From a virus (lineage: Duplodnaviria > Caudoviricetes), in IMG/VR virus record IMGVR_UViG_3300028048_001497, positions 110,541-174,540 of that record: a DNA stretch of 64,000 nucleotides; one strand, 5' to 3'. Position numbers and translations under genes: made by a program. Position 1 is the stretch's first letter, and each line of letters starts with the position of its first letter. Under the pieces are notes generated by a model. That model made no database searches. It was given only the letters and a program-made list of their open reading frames with translations, and was not told the DNA's origin. Shown one piece after another: positions 32,301-41,366 of the stretch.

Positions 32301-32981
32301 CCATTTATTACAGTTAATACAGGAAATATATTACCAAAAGGAACCAGAATTGAAGTGCCGATTATGACAACATATCAGCCATTACAGAGTGAAATTCTTT
32401 CTATTTGGTATAATTATATTCCATATCAAGGAACAATGGATAAAGGTATTCAGACAGTTAAACGTATTACTGATTGGCAATATTTTATTACAACATTAGG
32501 TACAGGTAAAAATAATACAGAAGAAATTAAAAAGAATATTATTAATAATCTTCCTGGTGGTTTAGTAAGAGGATATGAGATAGACAATAAAGATATTGTG
32601 TTGTCTAGCATTAATGCTCATATGAAAAATTCTTTATCTAATATTAATAAAAAAATGGTATTTGTAAATCATGCTATGATAGATAAAAATAAAGAATTTT
32701 GTAATTTGGCAACAGAATATAAATTACATAAGAATTGTTCCAATTATCAAGATGGTAAATTAGTATTTAAAAACGTTGATTTTAGTTTGTATTTTGATGA
32801 ATGTGCAACGCCTATTTCTAAATATGTTGGTGCTTATTGTGTTGTTGTTACAAATACAGGCGAAATCATGGTATTGGTAATTGGTAATTTTGATGAAGCA
32901 TCTACTGTTATTAATCATTTAACAAGTGTATATGGTGATTTGTATCGCATTGAAGGTAGACCAACAACAGTTAGAAATTAA
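29346..32981 (+). CDS. Large baseplate/receptor-binding protein with LamG/ConA-like domain
   Basis: GTLDFYFKPNW...YHFRISW...LYINGRLV lectin-like motif; N-terminus paralogous to 26557..28545. Confidence 0.6.
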   Translation: MENFEKFSNYDKRSSYQQVRFGHDKPILETELNEMQQIQDNMRTEVVRRHIFSGFTELVKKEFTGEPIIYNPTENGLTLENKIAIAPFKANILGYTLNGEGNFTYDKHDNYILVDLGESAKDSEKDSLVYLEVWFEVVKGTDSALKYGYINGDTIGTPAKDSRVGDETTRRLSMLWTVRVANEVDFDKYPEGLGYTDIFNFSHVFAKANGQLSKLENVNISFCEATNDIFRNEDFHNDKNLYVAGRPTYEINSSTLYGKYIYALPMFRIRRRNTTSYSLRNFNGSVSYNQMVVNNNSAVTGDLLAGYRPDRLAYDVIDTSDIVDIRKSVSYSDYNENSMADNTIKQLFDSTLQTKEPKKMRRVQIGNKTLPYNDVENVSFVVLFDKTLKDIKPQNSLATDNTSIRYEDSVCNMGAVIDGSNYVLYDIQNSLNQKNGTLDFYFKPNWNGCDEEVYNQIVCIKNSSQQPIMLLEKKGLQLLLTKVYDYDATKKVVKDGATAIVDLSNTLLKQNQNYHFRISWTDKAMPINGMMYLYINGRLVAKVETYKTKDVAKWLIIGGEKNSARGFVISDLIGYKKNFEILVMQGSSYGYAKNNFWPMLPKDFVYGDTLLLPGFNGLTTNFGDNAYTQRQVTMELSPSANLTNGKHFKFHVSSDKRILSIDKVYNYENEKLYTYQTNYTVFINGIATNNQAGQTIYYGNDVDIVFQTAYASVNKIVVEATIQLNTGCGGQDCPTEILSAGFMAYDDEADNFDYKLNCINEVSFNAEGAMPRQVPWLKPRKVNGEEDKAYDISNKVRTENQCYARLIYYNMSGNGTTEYQIPMSVYGYDVIGVIGCSSIGSIDYVYRTPSSIPDEPEKYITVVLKKALLVGETITFTLAMAGYSFDYDLNSKTICTNMYQCKNLVFFADGKKSVFTKPCMSNTNEVMHGGILKSVFSVLELKSDGTTKNVYQCYEDSQVFYDEDGEPTDKKRLNTHTISVSGFNTPFITVNTGNILPKGTRIEVPIMTTYQPLQSEILSIWYNYIPYQGTMDKGIQTVKRITDWQYFITTLGTGKNNTEEIKKNIINNLPGGLVRGYEIDNKDIVLSSINAHMKNSLSNINKKMVFVNHAMIDKNKEFCNLATEYKLHKNCSNYQDGKLVFKNVDFSLYFDECATPISKYVGAYCVVVTNTGEIMVLVIGNFDEASTVINHLTSVYGDLYRIEGRPTTVRN

Positions 32982-33003
32982 TTGTTGACAAAACAGTTTT
33001 TAT

Positions 33004-33378
33004 CGTAAGAGAATACCCCCCCACTTCTAAGCTACGAGGTAGCCGTTAGGCTACCGAGTAACGAAAGTGGGGGATGACTAATACTAACTCTTGACTATTT
33101 TCGCAAATAGTGATACAATTAAATCAAAGGAGGTAAAACAAAATGCTAAAAGCATACAAATTCAAATATCTTGAAAGAGGGTAAAAGGCTACTTTTGGTA
33201 GCCTAAACCATAAAAAACTGTACCGTAGGGCTTACGGAATCAGTATAAAACTAAGCCTATGGAGATTGTGTAAGACGTAAAAAGGTATGGCTACGCCATA
33301 CCTCATGCGGTTTCACCGCATACGCTACGGTCTGAGAAGTAGGAATCCCCCACCTCTTTAGGTGGGGGAGGATGTCAA
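33004..33378 (+). mobile_element. Non-autonomous IS200/IS605 mini-element, copy 2
   Basis: 375-nt near-identical repeat of 2405..2779; preceded by TTTAT, ends TCAA; ATG 33143 gives MLKAYKFKYLERG*. Confidence 0.85.
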
Positions 33379-33398
33379 CCTATATAATAAAGATACTA
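33180..33398 (+). ncRNA. Putative TnpB omegaRNA scaffold plus guide, copy 2 (boundaries approximate)
   Basis: As copy 1; guide would begin CCTATATAATAAAGAT. Confidence 0.65.
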
Positions 33399-33519
33399 TA
33401 AAATGTATTATTCAGGACTAATCGTTAAACATCCAAAAACATACGCAAGTATGTTTAAATGTGAATAAAATACACTTTTGTACACATTTGTATATGTTTT
33501 TAGAAGGAGGATAAGAATT

Positions 33520-33777
33520 ATGGCTTTTGCAGATAATAACAATTCACTCTATGAAAATTCAATGAAGCAGTCAGATGTCAAGGAAACAAAGTTTTCTCTC
33601 CTAGAAAACAAGAAAAGTGGTAAGCTAACTGCAAGTATTCGTGACTTCAAACATACAGAAGGGTATGATGGTCCTACTCGTAATGGTATGATGCTACAGA
33701 TGAATACAGTAGAAGATGTAGAGAAATATCAGAAAGCATTTAATGACTTCTTTGAAAAAGTTAAAGAGTTTTTCTGA
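33520..33777 (+). CDS. PC4-like ssDNA-binding protein
   Basis: AGGAGG RBS with ATG 33520; SIRDF...GPTRNGMML matches the PC4 pattern. Confidence 0.6.
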   Translation: MAFADNNNSLYENSMKQSDVKETKFSLLENKKSGKLTASIRDFKHTEGYDGPTRNGMMLQMNTVEDVEKYQKAFNDFFEKVKEFF

Positions 33778-33784
33778 AATATTG

Positions 33785-33815
33785 AGGTCAAAGGCAATTT
33801 GCTTTTGACCTTTTC
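33785..33815 (+). terminator. Intrinsic terminator
   Basis: aggtcaaaggca/tgcttttgacct plus T tract. Confidence 0.6.
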
Positions 33816-33833
33816 TATTTAAGGGGTTCTAAT

Positions 33834-34211
33834 ATGCCTAGACGTAAATTAACAGAAGAAGAAAAAAGACAAAAATGGAAAAAACAAATGTGTGAAAAAA
33901 TCCTTAATAATGAAGAATTAACGATTACACAAGTTGCTAAATTAGTTCAAAAGAAATCTGTTACTATTCGCAAGTGGGAACAGTTAGGAATTGTGCATAA
34001 GCCTAGGATTGTAAATAAAGTCCGTAGATATAATGTAAAAGAATTATGCACTTTTATGCATGATTTGTTGCAGTATAATTGGACATATAAAACAATAGAT
34101 ATGGAAATGATACAACAGATAGCGGATTATTTGGATTCCATTATTGCATTACAACCAAAGAAACGTATTATTAAAAAAGACCCATATTCTTTCGATGGGG
34201 ATTTGTATTGA
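33834..34211 (+). CDS. MerR-type HTH DNA-binding protein
   Basis: LTITQVAKLVQKKSVTIRKWEQLGIVHKPR...RRY. Confidence 0.75.
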   Translation: MPRRKLTEEEKRQKWKKQMCEKILNNEELTITQVAKLVQKKSVTIRKWEQLGIVHKPRIVNKVRRYNVKELCTFMHDLLQYNWTYKTIDMEMIQQIADYLDSIIALQPKKRIIKKDPYSFDGDLY

Positions 34212-34221
34212 GGTGAATAAG

Positions 34222-36111
34222 GTGGTACAACTTGATTTAGATAATGTATATCTAAAAATCACAGGATTGACAAAAGAACAAGAAATTAAATTATGGAATG
34301 AATTGTCGTTCGGTATTCAAATTTATGGTGTACCTGAAATCAGGTATCGTCATTTGTTCAATCGTAAGACAAAAAAGACATACGCAGGATTATTTGATTA
34401 TGTCAAAGACTTCTTTGATACGAACGAGATAGATTATAAATTAAATGATAATCGTGTAAAGCCTGAACAAAATGCTAATTTTCAATTGGTAGATTATATT
34501 GATAGTGATAAAAAAGTTCCTTTAAAATTAAGACCTTATCAACAGGATATTGTTGATAAGTGCAGAGAACGTGAGGTAATACAAGCCTGTACTGGAGCGG
34601 GAAAAACCTTAATGATGGCTGCTTGTATTGCTAAATTCAATGTAAAACCTGTATGTATTTTTGCAGATAAAATTGGATTATGTATGCAATTAAAACAAGA
34701 AATGGAAAAGTTTCTTGGAGTAGAAGTTGGTTTGGTTGGTGATGGGGTAGAAGATTATAAAGACATTACTGTAATTTCTACACAATCAGCAGATGATAAC
34801 TATATCAAAGACGCAAAAATGTGTTTGTGGGATGAATGTTTGCCATATGATACAGAAATTTTGTTAGAAAATAGAACCTGTATGAAAATTGGTGACATTG
34901 TAAAACAAAAACAAATGGTAAATGTATGGACATATAATGTTTATACACATCAATTTGAAGTCAAACCAATTATTGACTTTGGCGTTACAGATATTGGAAC
35001 AAAGAAAATATTAAAGTTAAATATTAAACGTAATGATGGAAAAAATATTGTTTTACATTGTACAGATAATCATAAAGTTTTTATTAAAAACAAAAATGAT
35101 TATGTTCGAGCAGATTGTTTAAATATTGGCGATAAAGTTGTTGTTGGAACAGTTGAAGCATTAATATTGAAACAATATGAAGGTACGATTGACAATATTG
35201 AAGTAGATAATTCTAATGCAGAGAATTATGTATATGATTTAACTGTTGCAGACAATCATAATTTTATTGCTAACGGTGTATTGGTATCAAATTGTCACCA
35301 TATACCTGCCCAGACAATTACTACAATTGCAAATAAATGTAAAAATGCTTATTATAGAATTGGTGTATCGGCAACACCTTGGCGTGATGCAGGTGATGAT
35401 TTGCTTATCGAAGCAGTTCTTAATAAGAAAAAAGACGCAGTTATTACCGCTTCTATGTTAATTGAAAAGGGATATTTGGTAAAACCAGAAATTTATTTTG
35501 TTCCAATAAAGCAGGTTTTTAAAGGGAAAAATTATCAAGATATATACAATAAAGCTATCGTGGAAAATACAGATAGAAATAAAATTGTAGCTAAAATTGC
35601 TTACAATATGTATATACGTGATAAACACATCTTAGTTTTATATAAAAATATTAAGCACGGAGAAATTTTACGTGATAGAATTACTAAGAAGATTGGTGAA
35701 AAAGCTAAATCATTTACTGTTACAAATCCTAAAAATAATCAAGATGTAACCATTCGTGTACATAATGTTGAAATGTTGTCTGGTAACGATGATACATTAA
35801 AACGTCTTGCGGTATTTAAAGCAGTTAAAGAAGGATTTTGCCGTTGTTTAATTGCATCAACGATTGCAGATGAAGGATTAGATTTGCCAATTCTTGATAC
35901 ATTGATTTTGGCAGGTGGAGGAAAATCTTCTACTAGGGCTTTTCAACGTATCGGTCGTGTGATAAGATTATATAAAGGAAAAACAAAAGGAATAGTATTT
36001 GATTTTACGGATTATACGCCTATGTTGCGTAGACATTCTCGTAATCGTCAGAAATATTATTCACAAGAACCGTTATGGGACATCCATAAATTCAATGTAA
36101 ATCCTGATTAA
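34222..36111 (+). CDS. SF2 DExH helicase (UvsW/XPB-like) containing a mini-intein
   Basis: LRPYQ, TGAGKT, DE[intein]CH, SATP, EGLDLP, QRIGRVIR; likely GTG start 34222 after GAGGTGA. Confidence 0.9.
   Translation: MVQLDLDNVYLKITGLTKEQEIKLWNELSFGIQIYGVPEIRYRHLFNRKTKKTYAGLFDYVKDFFDTNEIDYKLNDNRVKPEQNANFQLVDYIDSDKKVPLKLRPYQQDIVDKCREREVIQACTGAGKTLMMAACIAKFNVKPVCIFADKIGLCMQLKQEMEKFLGVEVGLVGDGVEDYKDITVISTQSADDNYIKDAKMCLWDECLPYDTEILLENRTCMKIGDIVKQKQMVNVWTYNVYTHQFEVKPIIDFGVTDIGTKKILKLNIKRNDGKNIVLHCTDNHKVFIKNKNDYVRADCLNIGDKVVVGTVEALILKQYEGTIDNIEVDNSNAENYVYDLTVADNHNFIANGVLVSNCHHIPAQTITTIANKCKNAYYRIGVSATPWRDAGDDLLIEAVLNKKKDAVITASMLIEKGYLVKPEIYFVPIKQVFKGKNYQDIYNKAIVENTDRNKIVAKIAYNMYIRDKHILVLYKNIKHGEILRDRITKKIGEKAKSFTVTNPKNNQDVTIRVHNVEMLSGNDDTLKRLAVFKAVKEGFCRCLIASTIADEGLDLPILDTLILAGGGKSSTRAFQRIGRVIRLYKGKTKGIVFDFTDYTPMLRRHSRNRQKYYSQEPLWDIHKFNVNPD
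34837..35292 (+). mobile_element. Mini-intein (152 aa, no endonuclease) in the helicase Walker B motif
   Basis: Starts CLPYDTEI, block B CTDNHKV, ends VYDLTVADNHNFIANGVLVSN followed by Cys; removal restores DECH. Confidence 0.92.
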
Positions 36112-36130
36112 GATTTGGAGTGAGAACGAT

Positions 36131-37381
36131 ATGACTCAGAATGATTCTGTTTGCTTGTTCTGTGGCAAACAATTCAAATCGGCAATAGCTATGAAGAATC
36201 ATATTCAAAAGACAGAAGAACCTAAGCATCAACTTTTGTCTTTTGTGTACAACGAGTTAAAAATCAAATGTAAAGAATTAAATTTATATGTTGATAAATA
36301 TCGTGATTTTTTTGATAAGGTGACAGAAGAAACTCTTTCGGTGAGTAAAGAGAAATTATTGAATAAAATCAAAGCAGATATTCAATTAGAAAAAGATAAA
36401 AAACTTGCAGAGAAGCAAAAAGAAAAAGAACAGAGAGTTTTGCAAAGACATTTAAATGATATGAAACGTCTTGCAGAATTAGAAGAAGAACGAAACATAA
36501 AAAAACGTTTGGAAAAAGACATGTTTAGTTCTATGCCAATAGAAGATAGACCAAAGTCTATTGTAGAAGAATTTTATACCATGATACACAGTCGTTGTTA
36601 TAATTATGCAATTGAGGTGCAATTAGTTAAATCTTTATATACAAAGCAAAAATTTGATGCTAAAATGGTTCATTTTATTATTGAATATTTGGCTAAAATT
36701 GGTTGTCAAAATTTGCGTGGTTTAAATTACAAACTTAATGAAGCAGTTGAATTTAAGCACAATATGGATTTAATTAAAGTAGAGAATACAGTTCCACATT
36801 TGATTAAATATTTTTATAAACAATCTCATATGAGAATGAATGTAAAAACATTTATGAAAGAAGTAAATTGTATTCAATCTTCTATGATGGCAAATCAACT
36901 TTCTATTCAACAAGTAAAAAATGTTTTGGATGGAATGATTAAAAAAAAGGTTAAAGTTTTGATTTGGTTCGATAGTTATGTATCAGAGTTTTCTAATATT
37001 GAACAATCTATAGACCCGATTCATACTTGTACAAATGAACGCGAAATCAAAATGAACGTAAAAGAAGTCCTAAAAGGTAATTTGACAGTAGATAAAATTA
37101 GCAAACGCATTAAATCCGATTGTATCAAAAAAATTAATCAAATCTTTATGTCAGGGAAATTTGATGATAAATATAACTATTTGGAATGGGCATATAAAAT
37201 TCATCTTCCCTTAACAAAAGAAATGGTTGATTTTGCCAATGAACATAATAAAGAACGTTGCAGTCGTTTTGACATTTGGGGGCAAAAAATGCTTAGTTCC
37301 AATAGTGACGTAATGAAACGCAAATATGATAATGTGATTAACTCGTACAAAGAGTGGTTGTCAAAACTCCCGAATCTGTAA
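36131..37381 (+). CDS. C2H2 zinc-finger protein, possible replication initiator
   Basis: CLFCGKQF...MKNHIQ; directly upstream of loader and helicase. Confidence 0.5.
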   Translation: MTQNDSVCLFCGKQFKSAIAMKNHIQKTEEPKHQLLSFVYNELKIKCKELNLYVDKYRDFFDKVTEETLSVSKEKLLNKIKADIQLEKDKKLAEKQKEKEQRVLQRHLNDMKRLAELEEERNIKKRLEKDMFSSMPIEDRPKSIVEEFYTMIHSRCYNYAIEVQLVKSLYTKQKFDAKMVHFIIEYLAKIGCQNLRGLNYKLNEAVEFKHNMDLIKVENTVPHLIKYFYKQSHMRMNVKTFMKEVNCIQSSMMANQLSIQQVKNVLDGMIKKKVKVLIWFDSYVSEFSNIEQSIDPIHTCTNEREIKMNVKEVLKGNLTVDKISKRIKSDCIKKINQIFMSGKFDDKYNYLEWAYKIHLPLTKEMVDFANEHNKERCSRFDIWGQKMLSSNSDVMKRKYDNVINSYKEWLSKLPNL

Positions 37382-37427
37382 TATAATAGATTCAAAACAA
37401 TGTTAGATGTAAGGGAGATAAACAACC

Positions 37428-38201
37428 ATGTTACTTACAAAAGAAGAAAAAGACTTAGAAGAACAGAAAAACCGTAGACGCATTGTGGATAAATGTGAAT
37501 TGTGTCATGGTACAGGGTTCATTTCTAAGGTAGATGAACATGGGTATGAACAATCATATCCATGTTCTTGTATTAAGAAAGTAAAACGTAATGTAAAATT
37601 ACTAGATTGGGGTATTCCTAGAAAGTTCTTGTCTGATAAATGGGATTTGGAGTTTATCAAAGAAAAAAACTTTTATGAACCTGTGAAAAATTATATTGAT
37701 AATTTTCAAGATAATTATGATGAAGGTCGGGGATTGTTTTTATATGGCCCACAAGGTAGAGGAAAAACAACGATTGAAAGTATTATTGCAAAACACGTTG
37801 TAGAAAAAATAAACCCTGATTCATTTAAAAAAAGAAGCACATTTAATGTGGCTTTCGCTATGTATGATGATTTGGTAAAATGCCAGTTCGATAAAGCAAA
37901 TCAAGACAAAATGAAAATTTTCATTTATAAGTCTGATTTACTTATTATTGACAATGTTGGTAACGAGGTTGGTAAGAATGATAATCAATTCTCTCAAAGA
38001 TTCTTGGAAATGATTTTGAGAAAACGTGATAATGATTGCTTGCCAACGATTATTTCATCAAATTATACCATAGATGAAATGGGAAAAGAGTATAATAATG
38101 ATATAAGAGATTTTCTCATTCAAAACAATGAAATTATTAGTGTTTTAGGAGATAACCATCGAACAGAAAATTATACTCAAAATGACGATTTCGACTTTTG
38201 A
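37428..38201 (+). CDS. DnaC/IstB-like AAA+ helicase loader
   Basis: CxxC...CxC, Walker A GPQGRGKT, Walker B LLIIDNVG, PTIISSN. Confidence 0.85.
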   Translation: MLLTKEEKDLEEQKNRRRIVDKCELCHGTGFISKVDEHGYEQSYPCSCIKKVKRNVKLLDWGIPRKFLSDKWDLEFIKEKNFYEPVKNYIDNFQDNYDEGRGLFLYGPQGRGKTTIESIIAKHVVEKINPDSFKKRSTFNVAFAMYDDLVKCQFDKANQDKMKIFIYKSDLLIIDNVGNEVGKNDNQFSQRFLEMILRKRDNDCLPTIISSNYTIDEMGKEYNNDIRDFLIQNNEIISVLGDNHRTENYTQNDDFDF

Positions 38202-38219
38202 TAAGAAGGAGCTTTTATA

Positions 38220-39581
38220 GTGGAAGATAATAAAACACTTGAATTGGAGAAAAAGTTCCTAGCATATGTTTTATCCGATAATGAATATATTGGAGAATCT
38301 ATTGCTAGAATGGATAAAACATATTTTAAATATATTAATAATATTTATCGTATGATAATTGGTTATTATGATACGTATAAAAAACCAATAACAGAAGATG
38401 CAATTAATACAAAACTAAGTAGTATGAAAAAACTTAGTGAAGATGAACGCATTAAAATCAAAACTTTGATTGCGGAAAGTAAAGATTATCAGATTTCTGA
38501 TATTGGCGAATTTAAATTTCTTGAAGATGAAATTATCGGTCAATATAAACGTAGGAAGTTTATTAAGATTGCAGATAAGGTTATTGGTAATAATCCAAAC
38601 GAACTATCAGATGATGAATTAAAAGATTTAAATCATACAGTACAACAACTTTTGGTTGATATTAATAGCACAGACTATGATATAGAAAAAGAAGGTACTG
38701 TAGAAGATGATGCAGATGAACGTCTAAAAGACTATCTTCATATCAAAGAACATCCTGAAGATATAAAATTAGTTAAAACTGGTTTCAAACATATAGATGA
38801 AGCCATTGTTGGTTGGGGATATGGTTCAGAAAACATTGTTTGTGGTCGTAAAGGTGACGGCAAATCAACAATGTTACTTAATTTAGGATATTATCTTTGG
38901 AAACAGAATAAAAATGTTTTATTTTATTCTTTGGAAATTGATAAGAAACAGTATGAGAGACGTTGGGATGCTAGAGCTGCGCTTGTTTCTAGTAAAGGAT
39001 TGAAAAGCGGACAATTAAATGAACAGGAAGAACAAACATATAAAGAATATATCCAAAATTTGAAAAACCATAAAGACATGTTTAACAATACTGTTGGTAG
39101 TGTATATATCGTTGATTGTCCTTCTAATGTAACACCTTCTTTCGTTTCTGCAAAAACAGAAGAAATTGAAAAGAAAGCAGGTGTTGTATATGATGTAGTC
39201 ATTGTTGATTACATGGGGATTATGAATCCAAATAATCCAACAGGTGTTATTCGTGATGATTTAGGTGCTATTGCACTTGATTTAAAACGCTTTGCACGCG
39301 AACAAAATAAAATTTTATTTACGGCGGTTCAAATGAACCGTAGTGGTAAGAAAGATTTAGAACAAAAGAACGGTCATGCAGATACGGATGCTATTGCTAA
39401 TAGTGATGCTATAGCAGACCACGCAGACAATGTATTTATTGTTCGTTCGTTAGATTCTGATACTGCTTTGGTTGAATCTGCAAAAACTCGTGATGGTAGT
39501 TCTTTTAGTTTTCATATTCAAAAGAAATATGATAAAATGCAAATGGTAGAGATTGATGATAGTGAATGGGAAAATTTATAA
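38220..39581 (+). CDS. dnaB: DnaB-like replicative helicase
   Basis: GRKGDGKST, YSLE, VIVDY, AVQMNR, K.RDG. Confidence 0.85.
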   Translation: MEDNKTLELEKKFLAYVLSDNEYIGESIARMDKTYFKYINNIYRMIIGYYDTYKKPITEDAINTKLSSMKKLSEDERIKIKTLIAESKDYQISDIGEFKFLEDEIIGQYKRRKFIKIADKVIGNNPNELSDDELKDLNHTVQQLLVDINSTDYDIEKEGTVEDDADERLKDYLHIKEHPEDIKLVKTGFKHIDEAIVGWGYGSENIVCGRKGDGKSTMLLNLGYYLWKQNKNVLFYSLEIDKKQYERRWDARAALVSSKGLKSGQLNEQEEQTYKEYIQNLKNHKDMFNNTVGSVYIVDCPSNVTPSFVSAKTEEIEKKAGVVYDVVIVDYMGIMNPNNPTGVIRDDLGAIALDLKRFAREQNKILFTAVQMNRSGKKDLEQKNGHADTDAIANSDAIADHADNVFIVRSLDSDTALVESAKTRDGSSFSFHIQKKYDKMQMVEIDDSEWENL

Positions 39582-39627
39582 TTATGAGAAAAAATTTAAC
39601 ATTTTCCTTTTTCTATAGGTAAAAAAT

Positions 39628-40182
39628 ATGAGTATTGGAATTTATAAAATAGAAAACTTAGTAAATCATAAAATGTATATTGGACAAAGTATTAATATTG
39701 AACGAAGATTTCGTGAACACAGATATGCTTTAAAACATCACAAACATCATAATCCATTATTGCAACAAGACTATAATAATGGACATAAATTTTCATATCA
39801 AATTGTAGAAATTTGCCACGTTCATGAATTAAACGAAAAAGAAAAAGTTTGGATAAGTTTTTATCGTTCTAATATTATTGGCTATAACTATGATAATGGT
39901 GGAATAGTAAATAAAAAGTATACAAATAAATTTAATGCTTGGTTTAAAAATCATGATAATAATAGTAAAAAAATAGCAAAAACAAAAAGCAAATACAACG
40001 AGGAAATTATAAATAAGGCTAAACTAGCTTTGTTTATGGACATGAATAAACACGATATTGTAACTATGCTAAATGTTGAATATGATTATATTCGTAGACT
40101 AATTCATCGTAATATGAAATATGCAGATAGTATTTTGCCACAATTAAATGATTATATTAAAAATTATCGTAAAAAATTTTAA
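39628..40182 (+). CDS. Free-standing GIY-YIG homing endonuclease
   Basis: GIYKIEN...YIGQS...RRFREH...E...GYN. Confidence 0.9.
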   Translation: MSIGIYKIENLVNHKMYIGQSINIERRFREHRYALKHHKHHNPLLQQDYNNGHKFSYQIVEICHVHELNEKEKVWISFYRSNIIGYNYDNGGIVNKKYTNKFNAWFKNHDNNSKKIAKTKSKYNEEIINKAKLALFMDMNKHDIVTMLNVEYDYIRRLIHRNMKYADSILPQLNDYIKNYRKKF

Positions 40183-40194
40183 CAGGTAAATAAT

Positions 40195-40848
40195 ATGAAA
40201 GATTTTACATGGGAAACAGATAAAGAAGATTTACAATTCAAAAGAGATTTCCTAGACAAAAAGATTGATGGAGTAAAATATATAAAATCACTTATAAAAG
40301 TAAAAAAAGTAGGTAATATATACACTGCCTTATGTCCTTTTCATAATGAAAAGACGGAATCTTTGAGAATTTATCCTGAAGGATTTAAAAATTCGGATGG
40401 AAAAGCACAAGACCATACATCTTGGTTTTGTTTTGGTTGTAAAAAAGGTGGAGACGTTGTTAAATTTGAAGAATTGTTCTTTGATTTAGATAACGCAGAA
40501 GAAGCCTGTAGTTCATTATCTAGGAAATTTCATTTAGAATATTCGGGTGACAATGAGTTATCCGAATTACAATCAAAACTAGATTCAATAAAAAGAACAA
40601 GTGAAAGTGTTATGTCTTTACAAGAGATAAATTTCATTTGTTCCATTACTTGTAGGAATTATTTGCAATTTGTACTTAATAATTATCCTAATTTATTCGA
40701 TGAAGAATATAATAAGATACAAAGTGTGTATCAAAAATTAGATGAACACCTTTTGAAAGTAAATGCCCATCAAGCGAAAAATTTTATTAAATTAACACAA
40801 AATACAATAAAAAATTACAAAAAACGCTTGACATCATTGAAATCATAG
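40195..40848 (+). CDS. CHC2 zinc-finger (primase N-terminal) protein lacking TOPRIM
   Basis: CPFHNEKTES...WFCFGCKKGGD; only 217 aa. Confidence 0.8.
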   Translation: MKDFTWETDKEDLQFKRDFLDKKIDGVKYIKSLIKVKKVGNIYTALCPFHNEKTESLRIYPEGFKNSDGKAQDHTSWFCFGCKKGGDVVKFEELFFDLDNAEEACSSLSRKFHLEYSGDNELSELQSKLDSIKRTSESVMSLQEINFICSITCRNYLQFVLNNYPNLFDEEYNKIQSVYQKLDEHLLKVNAHQAKNFIKLTQNTIKNYKKRLTSLKS

Positions 40849-40856
40849 GGTATAAT
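40828..40856 (+). promoter_or_regulatory. Consensus sigmaA promoter upstream of HU
   Basis: TTGACA-N17-TATAAT. Confidence 0.8.
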
Positions 40857-40914
40857 CATACATGTAAAAAAGAGAAATTCAATTCTCGTAAAAAAACAAA
40901 AGGAGTTATGTATT

Positions 40915-41190
40915 ATGACTAAGAATGATTTTGTAAACGCCGTTAAGGAAAAAGCTGATATTACGAAGCAGTCTGCGGAGGATATTTCAAAGGCAGTATT
41001 CGATGTTATTAGCGAATCCGTTGCCAATGGTGAGAAGGTTGCTATCCCTGGTTTTGGTACGTTCGAGGTTGTTGAGCGTGCAGCTCGTAAGGGTCGCAAT
41101 CCAAAGACAGGCGAAGAAATTGATATTCCTGCTTCTAAGGCGGTTAAGTTCAAGGTCGCAAAGGCATTTAAGGAAACTGTTAATGCCTAA
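40915..41190 (+). CDS. hup: HU family DNA-binding protein
   Basis: GFGTFEVVERAARKGRNPKTGEEIDIPA. Confidence 0.95.
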   Translation: MTKNDFVNAVKEKADITKQSAEDISKAVFDVISESVANGEKVAIPGFGTFEVVERAARKGRNPKTGEEIDIPASKAVKFKVAKAFKETVNA

Positions 41191-41215
41191 AATTTAAAAG
41201 AACCTCTATTTAATT

Positions 41216-41253
41216 AAAGAGCCTCTACTTAATTTAAGTAGAGGCTCTTTTTT
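41216..41253 (+). terminator. Intrinsic terminator
   Basis: aaagagcctctactt/aagtagaggctcttt plus T tract. Confidence 0.8.
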
Positions 41254-41284
41254 ATTGAAAATTTCAAAATTTTATTTAAAACTG

Positions 41285-41313
41285 TTGACAAATAAGAATA
41301 TATCTGCTATAAT
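41285..41313 (+). promoter_or_regulatory. Consensus sigmaA promoter
   Basis: TTGACA-N17-TATAAT with extended TG. Confidence 0.8.
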
Positions 41314-41366
41314 GTAATTAAAGATAAAGAGATAAACGAAATAATTATAGAAGGGAATGTTTAAAA

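Noticed and set aside
2405-33378. 375-nt direct repeats as prophage att sites, terminal repeats or composite-transposon ends around the tail module
   Set aside because: Each copy has IS200/IS605 ends and tnpB remnants, each empty site reconstructs independently, and tail genes continue outside copy 1
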